Shown here piece after piece: positions 1 to 8,896 of a DNA stretch of 57,816 nt. The translations under genes were made by a program, and so were the position numbers. The number at the start of each line of letters is the position of its first letter. Within the stretch, counting starts at the first letter, position 1. The notes beneath the pieces are model-generated. The model was given only the letters and a program-made list of their open reading frames with translations, made no database searches and was not told where the DNA came from. Origin of the DNA: an uncultured Nitrososphaeria archaeon. GTDB lineage: Archaea > Thermoproteota > Nitrososphaeria_A > Caldarchaeales > Wolframiiraptoraceae. The stretch is from positions 1-57,816 of the forward strand of contig CAYTSD010000004.1 of assembly GCA_964440495.1 (NCBI GenBank), written 5' to 3'.

Positions 1-70
1 CTCTAGGAAGAAGATTCTGAAACTTATTGACGCATTTACTGAACGTGTTGTAGAGAGGGGTGGAAGAATA

Positions 71-586
71 ATGACGCCTGAGCTGTATGAGCTTGCCTTC
101 GAGGTTCTCACAGTCCTAAAAGCCAGCGAATCTGAAAGACTATCAACGTTTACTATCCAAGAGGATAAGTTAAGGAAGCTCATCGAATCCTTGAGAGTTA
201 GATTACAGGCTGAACAGGAATCGGCTGAAGAGTTTATGCGTGTCGCCGCCAAGCTTAAGAGCGATCTAGTTAGGATGCTTTTTAGGATAGTGGCGAGTGA
301 CAGCATAAAGCATGCGGACACGATGATGCTTATCCTATCCATTATTGAAAGGGGAGGTGAGGTAGAGGTAGATGAACTAGACCGTGAGATTCTTATGAAT
401 CTGTTATCTAAGGAGGAGATAGTTCACGTCCATAGCCTCGATGAGGTTAAACAATTTCTACCCCACAGGATTATCAAGATTCTAGTCGAAGCAATCGAGT
501 ACGATGAGAGAAAACATGCTCAGATTCTTAAGGAACTCTTAGACTACGCTTCAACGAAGCAGGATCACTCCAGCCAGGATCGTTAG
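71..586 (+). CDS. hypothetical helical protein (possibly ferritin-like; function unknown)
   Basis: 171-aa ORF. The reading frame stays open upstream to the window edge (no stop from position 2 to 70), so the true start may lie outside the window. Helical, with one ExxH-like element (DERKHAQIL). No confident family assignment. Confidence 0.3.
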   Translation: MTPELYELAFEVLTVLKASESERLSTFTIQEDKLRKLIESLRVRLQAEQESAEEFMRVAAKLKSDLVRMLFRIVASDSIKHADTMMLILSIIERGGEVEVDELDREILMNLLSKEEIVHVHSLDEVKQFLPHRIIKILVEAIEYDERKHAQILKELLDYASTKQDHSSQDR

Positions 587-1378
587 AGCCGCCAACCCTA
601 GAGTAAACACGTAGGTCTTCACCCTTATCGAGATTTTTAGTAGGAAGTCTATTGTTGGAATGGAGGCCGCTGTCGCTGCCGTGAAGGCAGCCAACACTAT
701 CAGAGGATTTATCCCTAGGGTTAGTGTTGGTGCGATGGAGAGGGCGTATAGGCTTCCCCCAAGCGTGGCTGGAATCCCCATCAGGAAGCTGAGCCTCAAT
801 GCTTCTCTAGGTCTATAGCCCATTAAGAGCAAGGCGAAGAGAGTTATCCCACTTCTACTTATCCCAGGTAGTGCTGAGAATCCCTGAGCAACTCCCGCAA
901 TAAGTCCCTCCAAAACTCCTACCCCTCTGCTTGAGGAGGCTTCCTCGACTCTCTCCCTCCTCCAAGAGATTATACCTGTCACGGCTAGAAGCACGCCTAC
1001 CAAGATTATGGCTGCGGCGCTCTCTAAGGCCTTTAGAGAGAAGATGGCTAAGGGCACTGCCACGAGAGCCGTTGAAGCTAGGGAGGCTAGTAGAAATCTT
1101 AGGAGAGCGGCGTCCTCTCCATGAAGATGAATCCTGGGAAGGGCGGTTAAGACCTTTAGAAGCTCTCTCCTAAAGTAGATGGATGCGGCTGCAACCGTCG
1201 CTCCATTCAGGAACAGTCCAAGTAGGTAGGAGTCGCTGGCCCTAAGCCCGAAACCCATGAAGAGGAGGAGTAGAAGGGTCTTGCTGCTTACGGGAAGCCA
1301 CTCAGAGACACCTTGGATAACTCCTGCTAGAAGCGCTGTGAAAGCTCCGGAAACACCCTCCAAAGCCGTTGAACCCAT
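551..1378 (-). CDS. uppP: undecaprenyl-diphosphate phosphatase (UppP/BacA family)
   Basis: Polytopic membrane protein with the BacA signatures EWLPVSSKT near the N-terminus and PGISRSGITL mid-protein. Length of 275 aa is typical. Confidence 0.85.
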   Translation of the reverse strand: MGSTALEGVSGAFTALLAGVIQGVSEWLPVSSKTLLLLLFMGFGLRASDSYLLGLFLNGATVAAASIYFRRELLKVLTALPRIHLHGEDAALLRFLLASLASTALVAVPLAIFSLKALESAAAIILVGVLLAVTGIISWRRERVEEASSSRGVGVLEGLIAGVAQGFSALPGISRSGITLFALLLMGYRPREALRLSFLMGIPATLGGSLYALSIAPTLTLGINPLIVLAAFTAATAASIPTIDFLLKISIRVKTYVFTLGLAALTILAGVILLR

Positions 1379-1459
1379 CTCCTTCGCCTCAACTTGGGTT
1401 GAATCCTTAAATTTTCTGCGTCGGCTGCGGCTTAGAGACCTTCAAGGAGGTTAAAGAGG

Positions 1460-2482
1460 TTGCGGATAATCTTAGCTGGATTCGGGGTCGTTGGGAGAAG
1501 CCTCCTCGAGATAATAGGGGAGAGAGGTGGAGAACTGAGGAGGCTCTACGGCCTAAACCCACGTTTCGTCGCCATAGTCGATAGAGGAGGAGCCGCAGTA
1601 TCTGAGCAAGGCTTAGAGCCTCTACAAGCCCTCCAAGTTAAGAAGCTTAAGAAAACAGTGGCGGAGTATCCTGAGCTAGGTAGAAGAGGTCTAGGGGTTG
1701 AGGATGTCTTGGATGATGTCGAGGCAGATATCTACATAGACGCTACCCCCACAAACATTATCGACGGAGAGCCGAGCTACACTTATCTACGCAAAGCCCT
1801 CGCCAAGAAGCTCCACGTGGTGACCGTTAATAAGGGGCCCTTAGCTCTAGCTCTCCCAGCCTTAAAGGAGATCGCCAATCATAGAAGAGTGATTCTGAGG
1901 TTCAGCGGCAGCGTCGGCGGCGGAATGCCTGTAATAGAGTTTGCCCGTCAATGCGCGATGGGTGACAGGGTCATAAGGGTTGAAGGAATATTGAATGGGA
2001 CAACGAACTATATTCTCACAAGGATGGAGGAGGATGGGCTGAGCTTCGAGAAGGCTCTTAGGGAGGCTCAGGAAAAGGGATTCGCTGAACGCGACCCCAC
2101 ACTAGACATAAAGGGGCTTGACACAGCAGCAAAATTAGTAATCCTAGCAAATGAGGTTCTGGGAATAAAGTCAACGATACAGGATGTTAAGATAAAGGGA
2201 ATCGATGAGATAAGGTTAGAGGATGTGGAGAAAGCCGCGGAGAGAGGAGAGGTGATAAGGCTTCTGGGGAAGGTTGACGGAGGGTTAAGGGTTGAGCCTA
2301 CGGCAATAAGACGTGAAGACCCCCTCGCAGTCAAATATGCTATGAACGCCGTAGCATTCCATACAGAGAACTCTGGGCGACACATCATAACTGGGAAGGG
2401 AGCCGGAGGAAGGGAAACAGCTACAGCAATTATAAGAGACCTAATCCAGATTAAGGCCACCATCACCAGGGGAGGAATCTAA
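1460..2482 (+). CDS. hom: homoserine dehydrogenase
   Basis: N-terminal Rossmann motif ILAGFGVVGRS, VNKGPLA and GILNGTTNYIL motifs. TTG start preceded by GGAGG. Immediately upstream of aspartate kinase. Confidence 0.85.
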   Translation: MRIILAGFGVVGRSLLEIIGERGGELRRLYGLNPRFVAIVDRGGAAVSEQGLEPLQALQVKKLKKTVAEYPELGRRGLGVEDVLDDVEADIYIDATPTNIIDGEPSYTYLRKALAKKLHVVTVNKGPLALALPALKEIANHRRVILRFSGSVGGGMPVIEFARQCAMGDRVIRVEGILNGTTNYILTRMEEDGLSFEKALREAQEKGFAERDPTLDIKGLDTAAKLVILANEVLGIKSTIQDVKIKGIDEIRLEDVEKAAERGEVIRLLGKVDGGLRVEPTAIRREDPLAVKYAMNAVAFHTENSGRHIITGKGAGGRETATAIIRDLIQIKATITRGGI

Positions 2483-2483
2483 A

Positions 2484-3896
2484 ATGAGGATTGTAATGAA
2501 GTTTGGTGGAACATCTCTTGGAGACGGTGAGAAAATAAGGAGAGCGGCGGAACTACTCAAGCATTATCTTGATGAAAATGAGGTAGTCGCTGTCTGTTCA
2601 GCGATGAACGAAGTCACAGACAAGCTCTTCAACCTAGTCGACAAAGCATCGAGAGGAAGGAGAAAAGATGTTGAACGTATTCTGTCGGAGTTCTCCGAGA
2701 CCCATGAGAGAGCCGTAGAAGACGCGTTGAAGAACCCTGAGATCAAGGATGAAGTTAAGAGAAGTCTTGGCCGCGACCTTGAGGAGCTTAGGAGAGCGAC
2801 GCTCGGAGTCCTCTATCTTAGGGAGGCTACACCGAGGTCACGTGACTACATCGTATCCTTCGGCGAGAGGCTTTCAACCAGAATCTTCTGGGGAGCCTTG
2901 AGAGAGCTCGGCGTTGAGGCCGAATATCTGGATGGAGGCTCAGCTGGGATAATCACGGACTCAAACTTTGGTGAGGCAACCCCATTAATGGAGGTCACCA
3001 GACTTGAGGTTAAGAGAAGGGTTGGAGCGCTACTAGACCAGGGGGTCACACCCGTCGTCACCGGATACATGGGGGTTAACGAGGAGGGAGTCGTGACAAC
3101 TCTCGGTAGAGGAGGCTCAGACTACACAGCAACCATACTGGGATTCTGCCTCGAGGCCGACGAGGTCTGGCTCTGGAGCGACGTCGACGGGCTGATGACA
3201 GCAGACCCAAGAATCGTCAAAGACGCCCAAGTCCTGCCAAGCGTATCCTACAGCGAGGCCATAGAGATGGCGCTCTTCGGGGCGAAAGGCCTCCACCCCC
3301 GCGCCCTCGAGCCAGCGATGCAAGCTGGAATAATCGTTAGAATCAGGAACACATTCAACCCATCCAACCCAGGGACTATAATAACCTCAAAGCCTAAGAA
3401 GATGGGTGCGGTCGTTAAGGCAGTCCTACTCGTCAGAGATGTAGCCATGCTAACTGTTAAGGGTGCAAGCATGGTCGGGAAACCTGGAACAGCTGCAAGG
3501 ATTCTCTCAACCCTAGCGCAGAAAGGAGTTAACATCAAGATGATCTCTCAAAGCGTCTCGGAGTCAGGTATATCGCTGATAGTTCCGAGAAGAATGTTGA
3601 GCAGGGCTTTAAGCAGTCTTGAGACCTCCCTTCTAGGAGGAGGGGTTGTCAAGGAGATTGAGGCTGAGGATGATGTCAACGTTGTGGCCGTAGTGGGAGA
3701 AGAGATGAAGGGGACGCCGGGAGTTGCTAGCAGAGTATTTGGAGCCGTAGCCTCAAGAGGGATAAACATACGTATGATAGCCCAAGGCTCCTCAGAGCTT
3801 AACATCTCCTTCGTAGTGAAGGAGGAGGATGGAGCAGAGGCCGTTAGAGCAGTCCACGAAGAATATCAGTTGAATAGGCTGGGGCTTCAACCTTGA
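2484..3896 (+). CDS. lysC: aspartate kinase with C-terminal ACT domains
   Basis: KFGGTSL N-terminal motif, GRGGSDYTA, and a tandem ACT-like C-terminus (VAVVGEEM, INIRMIAQGSSELNISF). Starts 2 nt after hom. Confidence 0.9.
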   Translation: MRIVMKFGGTSLGDGEKIRRAAELLKHYLDENEVVAVCSAMNEVTDKLFNLVDKASRGRRKDVERILSEFSETHERAVEDALKNPEIKDEVKRSLGRDLEELRRATLGVLYLREATPRSRDYIVSFGERLSTRIFWGALRELGVEAEYLDGGSAGIITDSNFGEATPLMEVTRLEVKRRVGALLDQGVTPVVTGYMGVNEEGVVTTLGRGGSDYTATILGFCLEADEVWLWSDVDGLMTADPRIVKDAQVLPSVSYSEAIEMALFGAKGLHPRALEPAMQAGIIVRIRNTFNPSNPGTIITSKPKKMGAVVKAVLLVRDVAMLTVKGASMVGKPGTAARILSTLAQKGVNIKMISQSVSESGISLIVPRRMLSRALSSLETSLLGGGVVKEIEAEDDVNVVAVVGEEMKGTPGVASRVFGAVASRGINIRMIAQGSSELNISFVVKEEDGAEAVRAVHEEYQLNRLGLQP

Positions 3897-3925
3897 AATA
3901 ACACCTCGAACAACATTCTATAGGC

Positions 3926-5065
3926 TTGATAAGAGTTCAGGAGAAGGCTTGCAGCATCTGTGGAACGAGGTCAAGGCTCATCTCAGAGGCTATAGGAGTC
4001 TGTGTAAAGTGTCTAAGAAATAGAAGCGAGGAGGCATTAAGAATAGTTGAAGAAAAACATGCTAGAAGCAGAAAGCTGTTTGGTTTACCTGCTAAGCCTC
4101 CGAGAACGTCTGGAGGGATAAGATGCGTAATCTGCTCTAATGAATGTGTAATTGGAGAGGGTGAGAGGGGATACTGTGGGTTGAGGAAGAATATTGGAGG
4201 AAAGATAGACTCAATCGTGGACTCGGAGCATGGGCTGCTACACTATTACTTAGACCCACATGTAACCAACTGCTGCGCGGCATGGTTCTGTCCAGCTGGC
4301 ACTGGAGCAGGTTACCCGAGATACGCTGTTAGAAGCGGGGCGGAATACGGCTACTACAATCTCGCCCTATTCTTCTATGGATGCAACTTCAACTGCCTCT
4401 TCTGCCAGAACTGGACTCACAAGAAGATAGAGGAAGGTAAGCTTGTAAGTGTCGACGAGCTTGTTGAGAAAACATTACTTAATCAGAGGATTACTTGCTG
4501 GTGCTGGTTCGGCGGCTCTCCTGAACCTCAGCTACCCTTCGCAATAAATGCATCTAGAAGGATATTGGAGGAGAAGCCTAAAAGCAGGGTTATGAGAATA
4601 TGTTTTGAGTGGAATGGAAGCGGAAACCCTGCTCTTGTTAAGAGAGCTGCGGAGCTCTCCTATGAGAGCGGAGGGAACATAAAATTCGATTTAAAGGCAT
4701 TCACTCCATCCATTCACAAGGCATTAACCGGTCAAGACAATAAGCAGGCTTTACACAACTTCGAGATGATTTATAGAGAGTTTTATGAGAGGAGGAGGGA
4801 GGTGCCTGTTCTAACCGCTACGACGCTTCTCGTCCCACATTATGTTGACGCCGAAGAGGTTGAGAAGATAGCTGAGTTCATAGCAGACCTAAGCCCCGAT
4901 ATACCATACAGTCTACTAATATTTCACCCAGATTTCATGATGAGCGATGTAACCGTCACTCCCAGGAGGCAGGTTGAGGAATGCTATAAAGCTGCTTCAA
5001 AGCATCTGAAAAATGTAAACATCGGGAATATCTCTCTTCTCGGATTGGCTGAGGCTGGACTATAG
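3926..5065 (+). CDS. radical SAM protein, PflA/AmmeMemoRadiSam-like, with N-terminal Cys-rich zinc-ribbon extension
   Basis: CxxxCxxC cluster [11 protein letters not shown]. Upstream are [23 protein letters not shown] and an extra N-terminal CSICG...CVKC. TTG start. Confidence 0.7.
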   Translation: MIRVQEKACSICGTRSRLISEAIGVCVKCLRNRSEEALRIVEEKHARSRKLFGLPAKPPRTSGGIRCVICSNECVIGEGERGYCGLRKNIGGKIDSIVDSEHGLLHYYLDPHVTNCCAAWFCPAGTGAGYPRYAVRSGAEYGYYNLALFFYGCNFNCLFCQNWTHKKIEEGKLVSVDELVEKTLLNQRITCWCWFGGSPEPQLPFAINASRRILEEKPKSRVMRICFEWNGSGNPALVKRAAELSYESGGNIKFDLKAFTPSIHKALTGQDNKQALHNFEMIYREFYERRREVPVLTATTLLVPHYVDAEEVEKIAEFIADLSPDIPYSLLIFHPDFMMSDVTVTPRRQVEECYKAASKHLKNVNIGNISLLGLAEAGL

Positions 5066-6136
5066 TCTCCATTCAACCGGCATGAATCTATAGCGTCGAT
5101 AGGTTGCCGGAGGCCTTCCCACGACAGCAATCGGATAGCCGCAGAACTTGCATCTATTCTTCTCATCTAGATGCCACTGGGTTATGTCGAAGCCCTCTCT
5201 AGCGATTACGAGTTTACCGCATCCCGGGCAATAGGTGTTCTCGTAGGGATGGCCTGGAACATTCCCAACATAGACGTAGTTCATCCCCTCCTCCTTAGCA
5301 ACCTTCCAATGACGCTCCAGAGTCTCAACAGGAGTCCAAGGAAAATTCATCATCCTATAATCAGGGTGAAACCTCAGGAAATGAATGGGAACATCTGGGC
5401 CAAGATTATCATGAACCCATCGAACAAGTTTTCTAGCAGCATCCAAGCTGTCTCCAACACCTGGGACAACAAGGTCTGTTATCTCTATGTGGACGTTGGT
5501 TTTATCTCTTAGTTCAAGCAATGTTTGGAAGACAGGCTCTACGTCGGGTATTCCAATGTATTTTCTGACGAAACTTGTTTCCCCATTTCCCTTGAAGTCA
5601 ACTGTGGCTGCGTCGAGGAAGTCTTTAGCCTCATTGACTGCTTCAGGGGTCCAATAACCATTTGTAACGAAGACGTTTATCAGCCCCTCCCTCCTCGCTA
5701 TAACCCCTACATCATGAGCGAACTCCATGAATATTGATGGCTCATTATAGGTGTATGCTATGCCGTGGCTTCCATAGTTTCTAGCCATCTTAACCACGAT
5801 CTCCGGGGTTACGTCGACACCCTCAACCTTTCTACGTTGACTAATGTCATAGTTTTGGCAGTATTGGCACATCCAGTTGCATCCCGTAGTCGCTATCGAG
5901 AAAACACTTGACCCAGGCATGTAATGCATTAGGGGCTTCTTCTCAATTGGGTCAACATGAGCCGTTATTATCTTTCCATACACGAGCAGGTAAAGTGTTC
6001 CATCAACATTTTTCCTTACGCCGCAGAATCCAACCTGACCTGGTTTAAGCCTACAGTATCTTGCGCATGCAGTGCACTTAATCCTTCCGTCGGGAAGTTT
6101 TTCATAGAGCCGAGCAGGCTTTCCTGAAACCTCCAT
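5060..6136 (-). CDS. amrS: AmmeMemoRadiSam system radical SAM enzyme-like protein
   Basis: [23 protein letters not shown] followed by the radical SAM cluster [16 protein letters not shown]-terminal zinc ribbon CPGCG...CKFCG. Confidence 0.7.
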   Translation of the reverse strand: MEVSGKPARLYEKLPDGRIKCTACARYCRLKPGQVGFCGVRKNVDGTLYLLVYGKIITAHVDPIEKKPLMHYMPGSSVFSIATTGCNWMCQYCQNYDISQRRKVEGVDVTPEIVVKMARNYGSHGIAYTYNEPSIFMEFAHDVGVIARREGLINVFVTNGYWTPEAVNEAKDFLDAATVDFKGNGETSFVRKYIGIPDVEPVFQTLLELRDKTNVHIEITDLVVPGVGDSLDAARKLVRWVHDNLGPDVPIHFLRFHPDYRMMNFPWTPVETLERHWKVAKEEGMNYVYVGNVPGHPYENTYCPGCGKLVIAREGFDITQWHLDEKNRCKFCGYPIAVVGRPPATYRRYRFMPVEWRL

Positions 6137-6212
6137 AATGCTTCATAGACTAGGTTCTCAGCTCCTCTTATAAGCATTAATCTATAAGCCCGCCCAGTAA
6201 TTCATACTGGAG

Positions 6213-6644
6213 TTGAAGGGGATATACATCCTCCTCCTCAGGGTCAAGAAGCATCTTAGGATTAGAGTTGGGTCTCTGGGAGTAGTAGACTTCGATGAGG
6301 GTGAATATGTTTACGTCGGCTCTGCTCAAAACAGTGTTGAGAAGAGGCTGAGGAGACATCTAAGAAAGAGAAAGCCCCTTAGATGGCATATAGACTACCT
6401 CACCGCAAACCCCTATGTACAGATTCTCAACGCATCCATTTTCCCGCTTTCAAAACCTTATGAATGTAAGGCCGCAAAGATAATATCTTCTATTGGAGAA
6501 ACCTACCCTATTCCAAGGTTTGGCTCCACTGACTGTAGATGTAGGTCTCATCTTTTCAGGATAAACACATCCTTTAGAAGAATAATATCCCGTTTAGAGA
6601 GTGAATTTAAGACCAAGTCTCTTGGCGCTGATCTGCCGAGATAG
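6213..6644 (+). CDS. DUF123 / GIY-YIG nuclease superfamily protein
   Basis: GIYILLL...GEYVYVGSAQNSVEKRLRRHL...RWHIDYL matches the DUF123 (GIY-YIG-like) pattern. TTG start. Confidence 0.55.
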   Translation: MKGIYILLLRVKKHLRIRVGSLGVVDFDEGEYVYVGSAQNSVEKRLRRHLRKRKPLRWHIDYLTANPYVQILNASIFPLSKPYECKAAKIISSIGETYPIPRFGSTDCRCRSHLFRINTSFRRIISRLESEFKTKSLGADLPR

Positions 6645-6645
6645 A

Positions 6646-6849
6646 TTATTTTCTCCTTCTTCCATGTTTTCTTTTAACCTTTTCTATTATCATTCTTGAT
6701 TTGTTGATGTCTACTGATATGTTTAGCTCATCTCCTTCTTTAAATGGGAATTGGCTGTCGTGAGCAAGCCTTGCCGGAATGTGTATGTAGAAGTACTCGT
6801 TCCCGCTTACGTGGATCTTCTTCCTGAGATAGCTCTTCGCCTTTAGCAT
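6646..6849 (-). CDS. small AbrB/SpoVT-like DNA-binding protein (putative)
   Basis: 67 aa. IHIPARLAHDSQFPFKEGDELNISVDINKSRMIIEKV resembles the swapped-hairpin AbrB pattern, and the tail is basic. Weak assignment. Confidence 0.35.
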   Translation of the reverse strand: MLKAKSYLRKKIHVSGNEYFYIHIPARLAHDSQFPFKEGDELNISVDINKSRMIIEKVKRKHGRRRK

Positions 6850-6982
6850 GGCTCCTCAAAGGCTGCCTAGATGATTTAACATATAAAATTTGTGGATAAA
6901 CAATGCTGTAATTTTTTCGTGTATTTTTCTTAAGGGTTTGGGCAACGTTTTTATTATGCCGTTCTCCGCCTTGGGCTGAGCC

Positions 6983-7213
6983 ATGGGTAAGGTGAGGACG
7001 AGGAAGGTCAAGGTGCTTGCGAAGGAGATTCTCAAAGCCTTCGGTGACAGGGTGTCTACGGATTTCGAGGCAAATAAGAGGCTTGTCGGAGAAGTTCTCG
7101 TCGGAAGGGTTTCGAAAAAGCTGAGAAACAAGGTTGCAGGCTACCTCACGGCTCTAGCTAAGAAGCAGCTGGAGGAGGCTGAGGAAGAGGAGCAGAGCGT
7201 CGAAGCCTCTTAA
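6983..7213 (+). CDS. rps17e: 30S ribosomal protein S17e
   Basis: N-terminus MGKVRTRKVKVLAKEIL...FEANKRLV is characteristic of eS17. A/T-rich TATA-like element lies about 30 nt upstream. Confidence 0.85.
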   Translation: MGKVRTRKVKVLAKEILKAFGDRVSTDFEANKRLVGEVLVGRVSKKLRNKVAGYLTALAKKQLEEAEEEEQSVEAS

Positions 7214-7240
7214 ATACTGCTGAGACATTTTTCCGGATGC

Positions 7241-7300
7241 CCCGATGATGAGGATGACCTGCACGGAGCCTATATGAGGAGCATGCACCTCACTGAGGGC
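7241..7300 (+). ncRNA. C/D box sRNA (2'-O-methylation guide), putative
   Basis: C box ATGATGA 7245-7251, then a 12-nt spacer 7252-7263, then D' CGGA 7264-7267 (1 mismatch). A 6-nt linker precedes C' ATGAGGA 7274-7280 (1 mismatch), then a 12-nt spacer 7281-7292 and D box CTGA 7293-7296. Flanked by CCC (7241-7243) and GGG (7297-7299). Lies in the intergenic gap between rps17e and the ThiS-like gene. Confidence 0.55.
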
Positions 7301-7311
7301 GTAAGAAGGCT

Positions 7312-7602
7312 ATGGTTGGAGATGAAGGGGTCTTGGAGGTTGAGCTGCTCGGCCCTCTGAGAGCTGAGGCTGGGGGAAGCCCCTCCCTAAGGCTCAGGGT
7401 TAGGGGAAGGGCTAAGCTTCTAGAGGTCTTGGAGATGCTTCCGCCGAGGGTTAGGGAGAGGGTTCTAAGGGATGGAGGGGTTGCCCCGGGAATCCTCATC
7501 CTTGTTAATGGGGTCGAGGTCACGGTTTTAGGAGGCGTCGAGGAGGTCTCTGTAGGGGAGCGAGATAGGGTAACTCTCATACCTATAATACATGGAGGGT
7601 GA
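7312..7602 (+). CDS. ThiS/MoaD-family beta-grasp (ubiquitin-like, SAMP/Urm1-type) protein ending in Gly-Gly
   Basis: 96 aa. The C-terminus ...GERDRVTLIPIIHGG stop is the typical MoaD/ThiS/SAMP ending with a free diglycine. Confidence 0.6.
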   Translation: MVGDEGVLEVELLGPLRAEAGGSPSLRLRVRGRAKLLEVLEMLPPRVRERVLRDGGVAPGILILVNGVEVTVLGGVEEVSVGERDRVTLIPIIHGG

Positions 7603-7605
7603 GGT

Positions 7606-8178
7606 ATGGCGGCTCTAACGAGCTTCGGAGACCTTTGGATTGCGGCAGCGGTCTATAGAAATCCTAGGAGAACCGTCTTAGCAGACCCTGATGCGGTTCT
7701 TGAGAGGGTGAGGGAGCTTAGCGGCGGGGACTCAGTCGTCCAGCTCTTCGACGCAGACCCTATAATCTCTCTCAGGCAGATTCACGCCGCGGTTGCCGCC
7801 GCCTACTTAGCCTTTAGGGCTGGAACCAATATTGCTAGGAGGGTTGAGATTGAGGTTCTTCTGAGACTGGCTGCGGACACCCAGATAGGGAGAGCTCTCC
7901 GGAGGATTGGGGTTAGAGAGGATTCGAGGGAGCTGGGAGCCGCCGTCATGGCCAAGGATAGAGCTGAGGCCTCAAATATTCTTAGAAGGGTTGCCGCCTT
8001 AGTTGGAGGAGAAGAGGTCTCTGAGGAAGCTCTAGGAGACGAGCAGAAGATTGGAGAGGCTTTAAAGTTCTATGGCATAGGTGTGGAGGAGGTGGAGACT
8101 GTTCAGGCGGGCTCGAGGCGGGAGGCGGCTCTCCTCCTAGTCCTTGAACGTATGGCTACGCTAGATGTTGAGCGTTAG
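7606..8178 (+). CDS. cgi121: KEOPS complex subunit Cgi121 (putative)
   Basis: VVQLFDADPIISLRQIHAAVAAAYLAFRAGTNIARRVEIEVLLRLAADTQIGRALRRIGV fits the Cgi121 family pattern as I recall it. Convergent with Sua5/TsaC. Confidence 0.5.
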   Translation: MAALTSFGDLWIAAAVYRNPRRTVLADPDAVLERVRELSGGDSVVQLFDADPIISLRQIHAAVAAAYLAFRAGTNIARRVEIEVLLRLAADTQIGRALRRIGVREDSRELGAAVMAKDRAEASNILRRVAALVGGEEVSEEALGDEQKIGEALKFYGIGVEEVETVQAGSRREAALLLVLERMATLDVER

Positions 8179-8796
8179 GCCGTGCTCCTCGGCCCATTTC
8201 CTCAGCTCCTCAACCTCCACAGCACCCTCCCTCAAAACACGTAGAGAGCCTCCAATGACTTCGACAACTGTTGAAGGCCTCCCAAACCTACATGGCCCCC
8301 CATCTATCACAAGGTCAACCGCCTCGGCAAGCCTGCTGTCAAGCTCCTCTAATCTTCGGGGTGCCGGGGCGCCGGAGGGGTTGGCGCTAGTTCCAACGAG
8401 GAGGCCGCCGGAGGCTTCGATTATCTCTAAAGCCTGGATGCTCGCTGGAATCCTCACCCCAACGCTCTCCCTCCCAGCAGTGAGAACCCCTACAATCTCA
8501 GGCCTAGCCCTAGCCACTAGGGTCAGCTGACCAGGCCAGTAAGAGTAGGCCAGCTGGAGAGCCGTCTCGTCGAGAATAGCGACACGGAGCACGTTCCCAA
8601 GAGAGCTGGAGAGGACTGGGAGAGGCTTACCAACCCTACCCTTTAAGCGATAGACCCTCTCAACAGCCTTAGAGTCAAAGGGATTGCATCCAAGCCCATA
8701 GAGAGTATCGGTTGGATAGATTACAGCCCCGCCGCTCTTCACAATTCTACCAGCCTCATCGACGGCCTCTAAAGAGAATCGCACAACCCTCGGCAT
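8161..8796 (-). CDS. tsaC: L-threonylcarbamoyladenylate synthase (Sua5/YrdC/TsaC, YrdC domain only)
   Basis: YPTDTLYGLGCNPFD, GRVGKPLPVL, and SANPSGAPAP motifs. Confidence 0.85.
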   Translation of the reverse strand: MPRVVRFSLEAVDEAGRIVKSGGAVIYPTDTLYGLGCNPFDSKAVERVYRLKGRVGKPLPVLSSSLGNVLRVAILDETALQLAYSYWPGQLTLVARARPEIVGVLTAGRESVGVRIPASIQALEIIEASGGLLVGTSANPSGAPAPRRLEELDSRLAEAVDLVIDGGPCRFGRPSTVVEVIGGSLRVLREGAVEVEELRKWAEEHGLTLNI

Positions 8797-8896
8797 CCCT
8801 CAAAAGATGGATGGAACAGGATTTAGAGATTGAAAAACAACTCCTATAGCGAAGAGATATATAGCGCCCACCCCAACCATCTCCGAGAGGTTTTAG

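Noticed and set aside
2068-2466. Antisense shadow ORFs inside well-supported genes. Examples are 2068-2466, 8165-8530, 14128-14646, 22626-22971, 30824-31225, 34743-35171, 35365-35781, 38071-38644, 49522-50584 and 55833-56138.
   Set aside because: They lie fully within strongly supported CDS on the opposite strand. They have low-complexity Ser/Pro/Arg/Leu-rich composition typical of reverse-frame translation, with no recognisable motifs.
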